A DNA stretch of 64,000 nucleotides from Podarcis muralis (GCF_964188315.1 NC_135663.1:78120001-78184000); one strand, 5' to 3'; counted from the first letter of the stretch, positions 1-15,025 are shown. Numbers and translations: made by a program. The notes: generated from the sequence alone by a model not told the origin.

Positions 1-762
1 CAGCACTGTCATATAAACCATAGCTGAAAACAAGTGGTGGTTTCACGTGAATGCACATTGTACCAGTTCACAGTGCTGCCACACAGCTCACTCCTGCCAC
101 ACCACCAGGACTCAAGTCTGGGTTTTGATGTCTGAATCTGGTCTTGTGGTTTGCTTGGGGGAAACCACAAAGGCGGGTTCAGATGTCATTTGCTTCCTGG
201 CAGCGCAGAACCAGCAAGAAAGGAGTGGAGTGAGAACTCATTCACACTACAGTTTGTTTTCACAGTATGTAATGTGCAAACTAGGCCTTTGAATGTAGCG
301 TTCAGTAACTTTACTTTGTTATTGCCAGTTAGTAGAAAACCGGATTTTAGCCGTGCAAAAATCAGCATGTCCTCCAATCAGCAAAAAGTCTCATGGTTTA
401 TCTGAAATAAATGAGGAAATATTCCAAAGCATTTCTTTTGCATGCACTTGCTCTTAGTTCCTTCCTGTCTTTCTCACGGCTTCCTTCTTCCACATGTTTT
501 GACTCTCTGCTCCTTTCAAGTGCTCCTTTCCCTCGCTTGGGAGCTTCCACCATCTTGCCACCAGCTTCCACTTCCAGTTTGTTCTGCTCACCTGCTGGGT
601 GGCACACAGGATAAGAACGGAGCAGCGGCTGTAACCACAATTCTTCCCACACAAGCGGCAGTTGTGCCCGCAGCTTTTCACACATGTGCGCGCGCACACA
701 CACACTGCTCTTCTCTCATGTGTAGCTATACCACTCTGCAGAATCACCATCATGGACCATCA

Positions 763-763
<1 letters not shown>

Positions 764-809
<46 letters not shown>

Positions 810-1305
810 TTTATTTATACTCCGCCCTCCCCAGCCAGAGCTGGGCTCAGGGTGGCAAACACCAGTAAAATTACAATAAAAGCATAATAGGAAAAAAACC
901 CAATTTAAAATACAGGTTAAAATGCAATTTAAAATGCAGCCTCATTTTAAAAGTAGCCCATAAATCAAAACCATAAGGGGAGGGAAACAGAAGGGTCAGA
1001 CTGAGTCCAAACCAAAGGCCAGGCGGAACAGCTCTGTCTTGCAGGCCCTGCAGAAAGATGTCAAGTCCCGCAGGGCCTTAGTCTCTTGTGACAGAGTATT
1101 CCACCAAGTCGGGGCCAGTACTGAAAAGGCCCTGGCCCTAGTTGAGACCAATCTAACCACCTTGAGACCTGGGACCTCCAAAGTGTTGTCATTTGTGGAC
1201 CTTAAGGTCCTCCGCGGGGCATACCAGGAGAGGCGGTCTCGTAGAATGAAGCTCATGGGCCACTGGTGGTCTGCAGCCCACACTTTGAGAAGTCCTGCCT
1301 ATACG
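764..1305 (-). mobile_element. L2-clade LINE 3' fragment with (ATT)n tail
   Basis: Minus-strand ORF 996-1283 (…RARAFSVLAPTWWNTL…FCRACKTELFRLAF) resembles the L2 ORF2 C-terminus. It ends in the (AAT)n run at 764-808. Confidence 0.8.
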
Positions 1306-1702
1306 TAGATATTCTTCTGTAAGCCACTTTGCAATTCTGGAGGAATCCAAACCCATGCAGTTTGGGAGGAATGCATATTTACATTTGTGGGTCAGACACA
1401 TGCTGGCATTCACATACCTTTGGCTAAATTGCAAGAAGATGCGGGTACAAATCCTTCCCAACCCATGCCTTATTTGGATAGATCTACACAACAGTGGCCT
1501 GGAAAAAAACCTCCCAATCTTTTCTCCAAGCCAGCCACAGTTAAATTTGGATGTTATCATTGGTGCTTTCCGAGGCAACGCTTGGAAAGTCTGAAATGCA
1601 CACACAGAATGAAAAGGAGACCCTGCTTCTAGTTAATCCTCCTCTTGGCTGCCATCTGTCACCTGGTCACATGACGCCTCCCAACTGGGTCTCCATGATA
1701 TG

Positions 1703-1703
<1 letters not shown>

Positions 1704-1730
<27 letters not shown>
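1704..1730. repeat. (CA)n microsatellite
   Basis: Directly visible. Confidence 0.95.
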
Positions 1731-1734
<4 letters not shown>

Positions 1735-3238
1735 GTCGCCAGCATACGGTGCACTTTGCCAGCCTTGAAAGGGTTGTTCTGCACAGGACCACTGACAGTA
1801 GCTGCTCCAAAGGTGCCTTTTGAGTGCCAGATTCTTCTATAGGAACCTGTGACTCATCAATAAAGTTCATTGTGTTCTTTATTCGAACAGCATTTAAACC
1901 TTTTTCTCTAGGGAATCCTAATTCCGACTTCCTTACATTAAAGCGCTACAGTGAAGGGGGAAATGCCATTAACAAGGAACAGAACAGGACAGGAGGTCTG
2001 TGCCTTGAAAAAGGCATTTTGTGACCTCCCCTTCCTTCAGGATCCTGTGCTTTTCAGCTTCTTCAGATTGAGCATATAATTAGTGTATAGGATACTTAAG
2101 TGTGGACTAAAGCACGTGAGAAGCTTTCCTGGGGCTCAACAGCCTATGGAGTACATTATTTTCTGCTTGCCATTAATCTCTAAGAAACGCCCAGCACCGA
2201 GGTCTGTATTGCTGTCTTAAAAATGAACACACACATACATTTTTTTCTTCCCACTGCTATCTTTTAAAATGTGAACAGTAGTTTCCTTTCGAATACAGAG
2301 AATTAATGCGCTGTGCATTAGCCGTCAGCATTGCTTCACTGGATAAAGTGCCTGGACCTTAACGCCAGAGCGGAGTCCATCATGTTTGCCACAGCGCAGA
2401 CTCTGGAATGGTGCTTTGGGAAATGAGATGCTGCCTTGCTAATATAACAGGGAGCAAGATCTAGCCTCCTATATGAAGAAAACTACAACATAAAAACAGC
2501 AATTTATTTAGAGTTTTTAATCCTCGTGCCGTTCTCCCCATTCCCAGTTGCTTTTGCACAGTAAATAATCTTTATGGGTTCACCATAAGGCAGATTTAAA
2601 ATGCCTCCGCTGCAGTCCTGAGGCTTCAGCACACGGCTGAATAAAAGACTCCAAACAGCATTGAAATTGTTCGGATTGCAAATACATATGTGGTAATATG
2701 AACCTACAAAAGGCAAATTCATGCTGACAGGGCTGCTGGATGGGTTTGCTTAGCAGCAGACAAGCATCTTGGAGCCCAAATCGGCCTCTGGCTCTCTCCC
2801 CCCTTGCACACACATATGTAAACACAAATCTGTGTGCATGTTCCTGAAATAGGAATCTGGCACCATTTTAGCTGCTTAACTGTTTTCAGTGCTGCTGTTA
2901 TATACTTCAGATGCTAACTGTGCTTCCACAAAGGTGTGAGACTTTTTAGATATAATTGTTGTAAAGGGGTCTTTTTTGTGTACATGTCTTTCCCCCATCC
3001 TAGTGAATCTGTCAAGGCACAACTTAAAAGCTCATTCAGGCAGCCATGACCCGCTGCTTGCAGCAGATTGCCTAAAAGGTAAGGGGGAAATAATCTAAAA
3101 ACAAGTAAAAACTTAAAAGTAGCTTCTCAAAGGCTGCATAGATCTTTTGTTGTTGTTGTTTTTGTTAAACCTAAAGTGTTTAAAAGCTTTAATATTGATG
3201 GCCTGTCAACTTTGTCCTGATTCTTTGGCTTTCAGTTA

Positions 3239-3371
3239 NNNNNNNNNNNNNNNNNNNNNNNNNNNNNNNNNNNNNNNNNNNNNNNNNNNNNNNNNNNNNN
3301 NNNNNNNNNNNNNNNNNNNNNNNNNNNNNNNNNNNNNNNNNNNNNNNNNNNNNNNNNNNNNNNNNNNNNNN
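3239..3371. other. Assembly gap (N run)
   Basis: 133 consecutive Ns. Confidence 0.99.
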
Positions 3372-3487
3372 AAGCTTCAAGCTGTTGCAAAGAGGTTTCA
3401 TGTGTGCTGTTGTCATTCAAATCCTGTAGCTTCATATGCATGCCTTGCACTGCAAAATCCTCAACTAAAAACTGAAATCTATATTAA

Positions 3488-3778
<291 letters not shown>

Positions 3779-6647
3779 TAAGCTTCAGTTAATTCCTTTT
3801 ATTTGAGTGATTTCTAGATATTAATCAGGCTCTTTGCCTTTCTGAAAATATCATGTAAAGAGAAACCACAGATGAAAGATTAAAGGTTGTTCATAGGGCT
3901 CTTAAAAATCACTCTTAACAGCACCATGTTATCATTCCTAATTTTTCTCCTTACTGCTTTCAAATGGTAGCATAACTTTGGTGGTGGTTTTTGTTAATTA
4001 CTGTTTTTATGAAACAAGGGGATGAAAAAGATAGTATGAATTATTGTTGTTTATGTTTTTATTTTAGCTTTCACTTGCACTTTAAACTGGCACAGTTTAG
4101 ATCATTTTTGAGCTGGTCTTTTCAAATGTAAAAACTAAATACAATTTAAATAAAATAATTGTTGTTAAAAAATCTCTAAATTTTGCCATCGCAGACTGAG
4201 GAAGTTACCCTCCGGAGGACTAAAATAACTGCATGCCTCACCACTGAGTGACACACGTTGCTATAATTGTAGCTAGCATTAGCAAAGGAACAATTACATT
4301 TGCAGACAGAAATCAGTGCACACTGTAAACACTGTTCCAGCTGGGGGAGGAAACTGAGGTATCTGAAATGAGATAATGAAGTAGTTAGAGCCCATCAGGA
4401 GAGGAAGTTGGCTTAGGAAAATGAAATATTTGCAGCCTGGAGACAGAAAAATATTTGCATGGTGTTGAAAAGCATTTTCCTATTTCTATGTGACATGAAC
4501 TACCAAATCTGCTTTTAGCTATGTTCTAATTTGCGACAACATGCAATCTCTAATATGGATCTGTTGGAGGTTAGCTATAATTCATCAATCTGAAATACAT
4601 GATTCCTTTATTTAAGCTCTTTTCAGTGCAGAAAAATAGTGATTTAAAAAAAGTCACAGGCATCCATGTTAAGTCTGCTTGTTTTGGGCTTTTTGGGCCT
4701 GGGTGGGTTAGGTTAGAACATCATTTTTATATTTAAACCATATGCTGTGCAATCTACAACTCCCTATTAGCATTTATAAATTTGTGTCTTTCTTCATTTT
4801 CACTTTTGGCTAGATCATCTTAAGATGGTGACCTCTTAAGTTATTACTGTATATGTGTTTTGCATGAAATGGTGAATATTCTCAAAATGATATGTTTTCA
4901 CTTACATATCACCTTGCAGGATGGCACCAGTATCATTTACAGAGGTACACTTTGAAACAGATAGTTTGTGCCCTTAGTCTGACAAGAGAGTGAGAAATCC
5001 AGAAAACGTGGGCTGAAGTTTTTAGTCTGAAGGCCCACCCTTGGCTCATCATTTGAGATGGCCCCCAAAGCATAAAGGAAAAAGAGGTGAACGTGCTCCA
5101 TGTCTTTCTCTCACACAACACATGAATGTGTATGCATAGAAATATATCAACAGACACCATCTCACACACACATATAATTATCCATATTTTAAAGAAATAT
5201 ACTGAAATGTTTTGAAAGTAAATACTGAGAGCTTTGACGCTGCCCTCTGACCATGACATACTCACAGTTACCTTAACCGCTGGGATGGGACCCAGAATAT
5301 AACTGGAATTGAGAACTTCGTAGTGTGTTTAAATCACTCTATTTATTTTGCTCATAAACTTAAACTATGCTAAAAACAAAGGCATCTAAAATATTTGCAG
5401 ACTGAACATTCAAGTTTAAATATTACGACTATGTGTATATGAATGATAATCTCGACACATACAGCAATACCTTAATTAATTTCCAAGAAAGCTGAAATGT
5501 TCTGAAGAGCTCTGCTTCAGTCCAATAGCTAAGATTCTACAAAGCCTGCTATAGTCCAGATTACTAGAGGAATTGCAGTTTCTTCCCCCACCGCCTTATT
5601 GCATTCAGCTGTGGCTGAGACTGTTCTAGTTCACAAGAGAAGGTGGAAATATCAATTATTATTCATCATGCTGTTTACAAAATGGAGTGATCTAGATGGG
5701 CCTCTTCCCGAGAGATACTTATGGCAAATACCACTTTTAGTGCTTCCTCCTTTCCATGTTCACAATCAAATATCGCCAAAAAGCACTATCAAGTATGCAT
5801 GGAATTTTAAAAAGTGATAAACAGGACATTTGTAACACTTGTTAGCATTTGTAACGTTTAATTTTACAACCAGATGCATGCATATAATTGAAGAACCAAG
5901 CAGTGATGCAAGAGGAGTCAAGTGGTGAGTATCAGGAAATAAATCTTCCCTCTTACTGGTTAGGCAGCGTCACACAAGGAAAGGTCCTTGCTTGGGTGAG
6001 GAGTCATCCCACGCTCTCAATTAATACTTGAGCTAAGTGCTTAAGATTTACATAGTTCAACTTTTTTATAGGTAAACCAGAGAAAACTAGGTATTAGAAA
6101 TATGCTGTAGATCCTGCAATAAGCCCACGTGCAACATATAAATGTGTAAGAATTCTGTGCACTTTGGTTTTCTGTTGTGGTTCATTGTGGATAGAGAAAG
6201 TGAGAGTAGAGTTCAACATCAGAGCTGCCACCTCCCGCCCTCAGACTCTCTTCTTGAACAGGTAGCATGAATTGCGGAGCGGCTGGGAAGGATTTGGTAT
6301 ATAATTCTAATAATTAATAATAATAATAATGAGGATCCACTGTTATTTCAAGTTTTGTTTTAGGAGGACTGTGAGAGAGGAGGGAAGAGTCATCATCAGG
6401 TTTTCAGTTGTGGTCACTTTGACCCCGTAATTGAAAAGGGCATTGTTTTGCTCTACTTATTAAATTTAAACATATAAGTGCCTCAGTTTATTCAAGCAAA
6501 ATAATTACAAATTCCCTTCCACCACCCAGTAACCTTGCTTGCCTAGTTGAGAAGCACCTGCGGCAAAGACCAGCTCCTTGGCAAGGCAGTGAGGGTGTTC
6601 TGGGCAGCTGTGATGCTCTTCAGGATTGGACCTACTCAGCTGTAAAG

Positions 6648-6765
6648 CAGCCTTCCTCAACCTTGGCCCTCCAGATGTTTTTGGCCTAGCTAGCAGGACC
6701 AGTGTTCAGGGATGATGGGAATTGTGGTCTCAAAGCATCTGGAGGGCCGAGGTTGAGGAAGGCTG
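6648..6765. mobile_element. hAT-type MITE
   Basis: TIRs cagccttcctcaacct…aggttgaggaaggctg with a perfect 8-bp TSD ctgtaaag on both sides. Confidence 0.9.
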
Positions 6766-7516
6766 CTGTAAAGCAGCCAGCTGACATGATGCGGTGGAGC
6801 AACCTTGAGGGTGCCATGCCCTTTTTGAGTTTTATTTTGCCAACTTAAAAAATAAAATAAAACCTAGGCCCTTGTGTAAAAGTGTTGAGTTGTATGGAAT
6901 GTTAATTATCAGCTGGTGGAGATGTTAGGAGAGGGAGAAGAGTTGCTCCACACTCCAGCATGTGAGCCTGTTCTTGTGGATCCTGCCCATTAACCAACCT
7001 TGCATGCTGGGCTTGTGTTTCTTTTCTCTCTAGGCTCTGGTTATTGTAATGTGGAGTTAATGAGTACTGTGTTGGCTGCTTGGCTGCAGTATGAAACAGA
7101 AGTGGTTTCTGTTAGTGGAACCTGTGTGAGAGGCAGGAGAGACACCCGAGGTGTGCTAGAGAGAGGGGTGGCTGGATTGGTGCTTTTTTGTTTCTTGCTG
7201 CAGGGGTTGCTGGAGTTCCTAACACATATCCAGTGTGATTTATGGGTATTTTGTATTATTTTGATTTATCTATGGCATTTTCCTTTCATGTTGATATGTT
7301 TTCCACCTTTTGGTCAAAAAGTGGTATACTGTACAGGCAAATCCGCATTTGCATGCGATGGGCACATGCGCGACCACTGATGCGCACACCATTTTGGCAC
7401 GGCAAGGGGGCAGGGCGGACTTATGCACGTTGACTGACACATGCGGTGCCTAGTAACGCAACCCCTGGGTAAATGGGGAGTGATATATAAGCCCTAGTAT
7501 AGCACAGCAGCAAATA

Positions 7517-7655
7517 CCGTATTTTTCCATCTATAAGATGCCCCCTATTTGGGGGGACTTAGATTTAAGAAAATGGGGGGAGAGATGTATCCCCCCCTAA
7601 TTTTTTACATTCTTTTTAAGGGGAAAAACCTAGTCTTATACACGGAAAAATATGG
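7517..7655. mobile_element. Tc1/mariner (Tigger-like) MITE
   Basis: ta|ccgtatttttcc…ggaaaaatatgg|ta: TIRs with TA TSD. Confidence 0.8.
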
Positions 7656-9334
7656 TATATCAATGGTTAGAGATGGAGTAGCAAGCACATTAAGGAAGCT
7701 TGAGGAATTTTCTCAGTACACATTCCAGTGCAGTCCACCTGATCCACACCTTCTGGATTAACGTGTATATAGGAACATATTTATATTCCGGAATCCGCCC
7801 TTGAACACATTTGACAAGGTGGTCTGGAGGTTACTTTTAATTAAATTTTACAAATGTATATATTTACAAGTAAGTTGTTAGAGGCTGCAAATGGAGGCAG
7901 CCATGTTTTCTCCTTATTTTATCCCTGGGAGGGGCAGCAACATCCTTACATCTCTTTGTTCCAGAGGAATTTGCGGCCCTATTTTGAATGTGTGTAGTGC
8001 AAACAGAGGCAGCAGCTCTCTAGCTGCTTGGAGTGATGACTTGGATTGTTTTTTAAAAAAAGATAATATCCTATTAAATACCCCATCAGTGCTTTTTTCA
8101 GTAAGAATTTTGTTTGGAACTTTGGAGGAAGAAATTACACATTAATTGAGAAAATGGATTGAATGATCACATGTGAAACTGACATATACGTTGTTGTTTA
8201 TGGAGGAGGAGTCTATAGTATATGGGTATTTAAATTACCTAGTACTATATATTATTTTACGATGTTACTAGAAACCCTTGTTATTAGAACCCGTTTTGTA
8301 GAAGTAAAAGGTATCTAAAACAATTTTGTTCTTTTTTTAAAAAAACACCTTTCATCTATTATTCTAAAAGATAAAATAAGATTACAAATCCCTCCAGATT
8401 TCCAACTTTCCAACTTTTTCCACTGGGAAAAAGAAATAAAACCATCAGAGGGAAAAAGAGGACCAGTAACCATTTGACCCCAATCTTATTTCTTGTCCCC
8501 CACTCTTCACATTTCTACTCTCTGCTCTATTTACAAGGATATTGAGAAGGAAGGAAAGAAGAAAGGACATCTTTATTTCCCTTTTGCCACCTTCCGAGAA
8601 TCCTTTATCCTGCTATGGAGCAATAAAATGCTCAGGTTCAAGACTGACAACCAGCCCCAAATCTGAGCCCTCTAGCGACAGGTTGTACAGCACAGGAGGT
8701 GGGAAATGAAAAGAGGTGCCATCCCTCTCAAGAGGTCCTTTTTTAAGGGATGGAACTCACTGGAATGGAGTATCGGCACCTCTTTTTTTGCTTGCCCATG
8801 GCAGCCATTTTGTACTGGCACCTCATTTTTCACCCCTTCAAAAGCTCTGTATAAAGCATCCTTATATATCTAATTTCCAAACTTCATAAAATGTGATTTA
8901 TATTTTTTAAAACATCAAAAACATCACTGGGTGCAGGAGTTCACTATCTAGATCCTTGCTATGCTTTTCAGTGTGGATTCTTTGATGTCGTAATTGAAGA
9001 GAGAGAACCCACTCAAATTGCTACAGAAAGTTGCATTTGAATATTTTACCAGTTTTCTGTTCTATTTGAATAATTCATTCATAGCAGAGACACAACTTAA
9101 GTACTGCACTTTTGCTCCTCTCTCCCCTTTAGCCACCAATTGGCACATGAGCAATGTTATTTATAATTTATTTTGAAAGCTTTTTTACAAGCCTCGAGAG
9201 ATTAATCTTGTTTTCATTCAGCAGGTCAAGTAGAGTATTAGCAAACAAAATACCATAATAATAAAAAGAGAATCCAAGAGACAGGAATGCTATATTTTGA
9301 ATGAAAAGAAACTGGAATGTGTATATACTATATT

Positions 9335-9336
9335 TC

Positions 9337-9368
<32 letters not shown>
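9335..9368. repeat. (ATTG)n microsatellite
   Basis: Directly visible. Confidence 0.9.
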
Positions 9369-10051
9369 CACTTGGTACTTTGAAAAGCATCAACTATATA
9401 TGAAATGGCAGGTGTAAAGCCTAGGACCCTAGGATTCACATAGGAATCAATTCACACATGCATGTAACATTGCTTTGTTACTCAAGACTTGAATACTCAC
9501 AACTGAGTGTGGGAACTCGAGTTACTTGTAGTTATTGAAAGGTTATTTAATCATACATTTCATATACTGCTCAGTATAAAAAGAAATTTCTGAGCAGTTT
9601 ACATAAAGTGTAACCAGAAAAATAATAAAATTCATATAAGAATACAATAACAGCATTCAAATAAGACTTTTTAAAAGCTAAATAAAAAGAGCAGAGCCGT
9701 ATAATGTAGGTAAAATGGAGCAGTACATAAACAAAAAAATAAAAACTGGGAATCACTGTCTAGGAAAACTTGTGTAAATATATATGACTTTAAGAGATGC
9801 TTGAAGCTGGTTGCTGTGTCTGCCTCTCAACCCACCTGAGGGAGGTCATTCCTAAGGACCAGTGCTGCCACCAAAGAGGTCTGCTCGTCTGCTGTCACCA
9901 AGGGACAATCCACTGGTCCTTAGATGACTAGTAGGATTTCATCAGAAGGTCTTGGTCTGTACTGGGGGAAGCAGTCTGCTAGGCAAAATGGTCCCCATTG
10001 CTTAGAGTACTGTTTGTCTTTTTAGTTTTTTTGATGGCTTCGTCACAAATC

Positions 10052-10745
10052 CTAGAATCAGAGAATTGTAGAGGACTCCAGCGTCACGTAGTCCAATCCT
10101 ATGCAATGTAGGAATTGCAACTAAAAAAACCATGCAACCTCTGCTTAAACATCTCCAAGGAAGGAGAGTCTACCACCTCTCAAAGGTGTGTGTTCCACTG
10201 TCAAGCAGTGGAACACTGTCAAACTCCCTGAAAGTTCTTCCTGATGTTTGGTTGGAATCTCCTTTCTTGTAACTTGAATCCATTGGTATGGGTCCTACGC
10301 TTCAGAGCAGGAAAAAACAAGCTTGCTGCATCCTCCATGTGGCAGCCCTTTAGATATTTGAAGCTGGCTAACATATCTCCTTTCAGTCTCTTCTTATCAA
10401 CCGTTCTTCATAAGGCTTGGTTTCCAGACCCTTGATTATCTTGGTCGGCCTCCTCTGCATATGTTCCAGCTTGTCAATACCCTTCTTGAATTGTGGCACA
10501 CATAACTAGGCACGCAACTCTAGGTGTGATCTGACTCAGGGAGAATAGAGGAGTACTACTACTTGATAGTACCAGAAGCGGCTTAGTCATGCTGGCCACC
10601 TGACCCGGAAGCTGTACGCCGGCTTCCTCGGCCAATAAAGCGAGATGAGCGCTGCAATCTCAGAGTCGTCCGCGACTGGACCTAACGGTCAGGGGTTCCT
10701 TTACCTTTACTACTTGATAAGTTATCTGTTGACGCTGCAGTCATC
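10052..10745 (-). mobile_element. CR1 LINE 3' fragment interrupted by a Sauria SINE
   Basis: Begins with an agaatca-type tail, followed by CR1 ORF2 3' sequence on the minus strand. Boundaries approximate. Confidence 0.8.
10569..10708 (+). mobile_element. 5'-truncated Sauria SINE
   Basis: ccagaagcggcttagtcatgctggcc…cctttacc tail, flanked by TSD actacttgata (10558-10568 / 10709-10719). Confidence 0.9.
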
Positions 10746-10974
10746 AAATGATGACTGTGTGAATGTTACAGTGTTACTAAATGAGGATGTGAAGTTCTAT
10801 AGGCCAGCCTCGTTTATCTAAATTACCTGTTTAATAACCAAAATATTTAATCCAGCGTTTAGGTAAATACATCTACAGTCAAGACAATAGATTTCCATGC
10901 AGATTCTACACCCTAATTTGGCACATATCCTCTGAAACATATCATGTAATATTTTGTAGTTAAAATCCTTACCT

Positions 10975-11050
10975 AGAATCATAGAATCATAGAATCATAG
11001 AGTTGGAAGAGACCACAAGGGCCATCGAGTCCAACCCCCTGCCAACCCCC
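10975..11050 (-). mobile_element. Short CR1 3' end
   Basis: (agaatcat)n tail followed by agagttggaagagacc…gtccaacccc. Confidence 0.75.
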
Positions 11051-11804
11051 TACCTATTTTGCTGTTGATAATTTGATGACCATTGCAGATTTGGTGCAAA
11101 TCTACAAGGAGTAAAATATGTTGCTCCATTCACCCTCACATCTTTAGATCCAAAATTATCCTGTTTATTCAAAACTCTTCTTTATTGTGCTCTTTTGAGC
11201 TTGTTTTCCTACTTTCTCCTCTACTGTCTCTCTTCTCCCCTAATTCTCCATCTCCCTTTTTTGATGTGTAACTATGTCCAAGCTTACCAGATTTTTACGA
11301 GAATTTTTCCAGGGGTGGTGGTGGTGGTGGCTCCAGAAACTTCAACAGCTTCCTGACGGCAGGAACTTACAATGCAAAGCACTCCTTAGTAAGCAGACAT
11401 ACTGACTAGCTAATATGTAGGACTGCAGCCTAAGGAAACATCCCAATACTCTCTCACTTTAAGTCCCATTGAACTCACTGAGACTTTTCTGAGTAGAAGT
11501 GCACAGAAGTCTATTGTAAGTGATGGATAGAGGTTCACCTGCTAATGTTTTGTGTGTAATGCAGCTGCTAAAGACAGAGGAAGTTGCCCAAAACAGATAA
11601 AATAATTCTTGGCAACACTAATTGTGCAAGAGTGTTCAGTTCTTCTCCAGCTCTGTCAAGGGTAACTTACATAAATGTCTTCAGGGACAATTTTTCTAGT
11701 GAGTGGAAGCATTAACTTGTTAACTGGCATGAGTGGTGGATACACAAAATCAAGCTGTAAAAGTTAAATTTTATTTCCATAGTGGTTTTAAAAAGTGGGA
11801 CTCA

Positions 11805-11912
11805 CTAAGTTTTACTCAGAGTAGATCCACTGAAATTCCAATGACCTTGGCTAAGTTAGGTCCAGTAATTTCAGTGGCTCTTCTCTGAGTAAAACTTAAT
11901 TGAATATCACCC
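11805..11912. mobile_element. Short palindromic non-autonomous element (MITE-like)
   Basis: ttttactcagagtagatccactgaaatt … aatttcagtggctcttctctgagtaaaa inverted arms. Degenerate relatives near 11430-11500, 43400-43460 and 50780-50860. Confidence 0.6.
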
Positions 11913-12329
11913 AAACAAACCAAAGTTTCAGCCTTTATCCCATTGCCATTTTTTCCCTGGTCATTAGTGATTTACTTCTTCATGAAGACTTCTCTGAGAA
12001 GACTAAATTATGCTGTTCCTATCATAAAAGATATACGCTATGAAGGATATTTCCTCACTATTATTTCAAGCACTTAATTCTATCGTTCTTCAGTATCGTC
12101 TCTCTGGTTTTGTTTGGATCTGTGTATTTCTTGCTAAATGCAGGATGTCTTCATCTCACACGCAATCTTGAAAGCCTCCTCAATGGAAAAAGCAGATAAC
12201 TGAGCACTTGGTCAGAGAACAATGCAGTTAATTATGAGTATGGGGTGTCTCCAGAAAAACTAATTTGGGGCCATGAAATGTGGATCTGTAATTGAAGTAG
12301 GGGAAGAATTGCTTTCACGTTAGACTGGT

Positions 12330-13425
12330 TCTTTTTTATGCTTGGTAAACATACATCTAGTCTTTAAATACCTCGGCCTTATTTTTCAGCCAACAGGGTC
12401 ATGGGGAGCACATCAGAAATATGCAAAGGAAAAAGCGTTTCAAAGCGCCAAAATTCTGACATGCTTTTTCCATTCAAAAGGTGGCAATCACATACCATCA
12501 GCACTTGAAGTGTTTAAAGCTAAACCCCTAGGACAGTTATTTTTGGGGGCTCACCTTGGATCTACAGAAGCTGTGCAATCTAAGCTCCTAAGGCAATTTT
12601 TTTCTGTTTCATCCTGTGTTCCAAATGCTTCATTGCACTTGGAGGCTAATCTCCCCTCTGTTGAATTACAGATTTGCTGTAGGATTTAATTATTGGCTTC
12701 ATCTAAATTTAAACCCCACTGGTATACAACCCTTAGTATCGCAAGATTGCCATGAGAGCGCTTGGACTAAAATTGTCAACCAAAAGCTTTACTTTTCTGG
12801 TTTATCACCACAACAGTTATTAACACTGGGCTTCTGTAAAGCAAATAATTTAATTAGACAGCACCTATATGATATCGAGTGACAGAATAATTAGGCACAA
12901 TAAGGAAATTTTGTCCTTGGTATGATTATTTTCCACCTAGTCATTTTGGCACTTGGGCACACTATTTGCAAAATTTAATAATTCCAAAAATACAGATGCG
13001 CTTTCACTTTTGCAAGATTGAATATACTGCCTTTGGCTGTACTTGAGGGTCGATTTCAAAAAATTCCACTGGAAAAACAATTCTGTCCCAGTGGAGGTGG
13101 CAGTATTGAGTCAGTGGCTCATGTGCTTCTGGCTTGCACTCTTTCTAAAGTTTTGAGGAGTGAGGTTATTACCCCTCTACTATTGTCCATGCCTGGTCAC
13201 TCAACCTTTGCTACTGTGTCCTTTTTTCTAGCAGATCAAAATGATCAGGTGACAGCAAAAACTGCAAAAAAAAAAAAAAAAAATAGCAGGGGCAATTAGA
13301 ATAAGATCTATTACTTGATTATTGATGGAAACCTCCAAAACATATTTTGTATAGCTAAGCATTAACCTCTGTCTTCAGTACATTTTATTTTATTGCTATA
13401 GCTAGTGGCTGATGCAAATAAAGAT
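12330..13425 (+). mobile_element. Degenerate non-LTR retrotransposon ORF2 3' region (RTE-X-like; clade uncertain)
   Basis: Fragmented ORFs contain the RT-end FKYLG motif and a C-terminal CPxG…ESVAHVLLAC zinc-knuckle-like motif, followed by aataaa near 13417. Confidence 0.6.
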
Positions 13426-14455
13426 TCTTCTGATCATCTATTCACTCCGGCTTTTGCTTAGGTAGAGGTGGCCTTTCCTTATGGATGTGCTAATCTTTTT
13501 ATTGTGTTATACAGAAGTTGATCTGTTTGGTCTTATTGTTTATGATGTTTATAGTGCGACCTGCTCTGAGATTTATTTTTAAAATAAGGGTGTGCTCTAA
13601 ATTCCTCAATTAAATAAAGAGGAATAATGCCCACCCTGTATGAATACACTTCAAGACATGGGGACTTGTGCTAGTCCACCATGCTGCCTTAGATAATTTA
13701 TGCTAAATTGTTTGTTTATTGTTTTTAGAATCCACCTTTCAACCAGAAGGTTCACAGGACAATACGCAGTATTATATTAAAAGACTATGGAACATAATAT
13801 AAAACCAGTACGTCTCATAAAAAACAACCAGTATAACAGTAAAAAGAGAATTCATTAGTTCAGCTGGCCCCAAACATCTGAAGGTGTTTCATAATACCAA
13901 AAAGCTTCTAATGTGGAGGACAATTGTATTTCATTTAATAACCGGAAAGCGGGGAGGTCCTGCTCCATGTTGTCATGCTATTAACCATAGTTGTTGATAG
14001 AATTACAGCAGGGTATCTCCCATGGACCTTAAGGCCCAGGTTGGAAAATGATGGGAGTGACCCTTCTTCAAACACTTGTGTGCTTGAATAGCATTTTCTG
14101 TCAAAGTGTTCTTTTCTGGCCTCTTCAGCAGAACTGACAATTTCTAGAAATCGTTGCCTCTTTCAAAAGTTTGGAGTCAGAAATGGAAATAAGTATTTGG
14201 TTTGCTTGAATGGGAATTCAGTTGGAAGGCAATTATTCAGTTGAGATATGCACATTCTCCAAGGCCAGTTGGATGATGTGCCAAATGCATTTGAGATATG
14301 CACATTCCTTAGGACCTTTTGGAGATTATGTGTACTGACCAAGAAATGTGCACAATTAATGAACAGATTATCATGTGCACGTATTAACAGCTCAACTTAC
14401 ATCCCTCCGAACACACACACATATTTTTATAGTAGAATTTTCGAAACCTGCATGA

Positions 14456-14782
<327 letters not shown>

Positions 14783-14925
14783 TAACAGTTATATATTACT
14801 TTGATATTTTACATATTGGGCCCTATGTGGGATATAGGATAAAGCTGCAAAAATCTATTTCTTTAAGGACCACTTAATTTGGGGGCTTCAGGGGCTCTCT
14901 GTTTTCTTCAGCTGTGAAGGGTCTT

Positions 14926-15025
14926 GTTGTTGTTTAGTCGTGTCCGACTCTTCATGACCCCATGGACTCCTGTCTTCCACTGCCTCCTGCAGTTTGGTCA
15001 GACTCATGTTTGCAGCTTCGAGAAG
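14926..15025 (-). mobile_element. Bov-B (RTE) LINE 3' end fragment
   Basis: gttgttgtttagtcgtgtccgactcttcatgaccccatggac is the reverse complement of the Bov-B 3' terminus with its (CAA)n tail. Confidence 0.8.

Noticed and set aside
1-420. Possible HTT 3' UTR end, expected from mammalian synteny
   Set aside because: No coding sequence or recognisable HTT feature is visible, so it cannot be supported from this window.
2170-2650. REST/RE1-like motifs upstream of MSANTD1 (cagcaccgagg, ttcagcacacgg)
   Set aside because: Only half-site matches, too weak to call.
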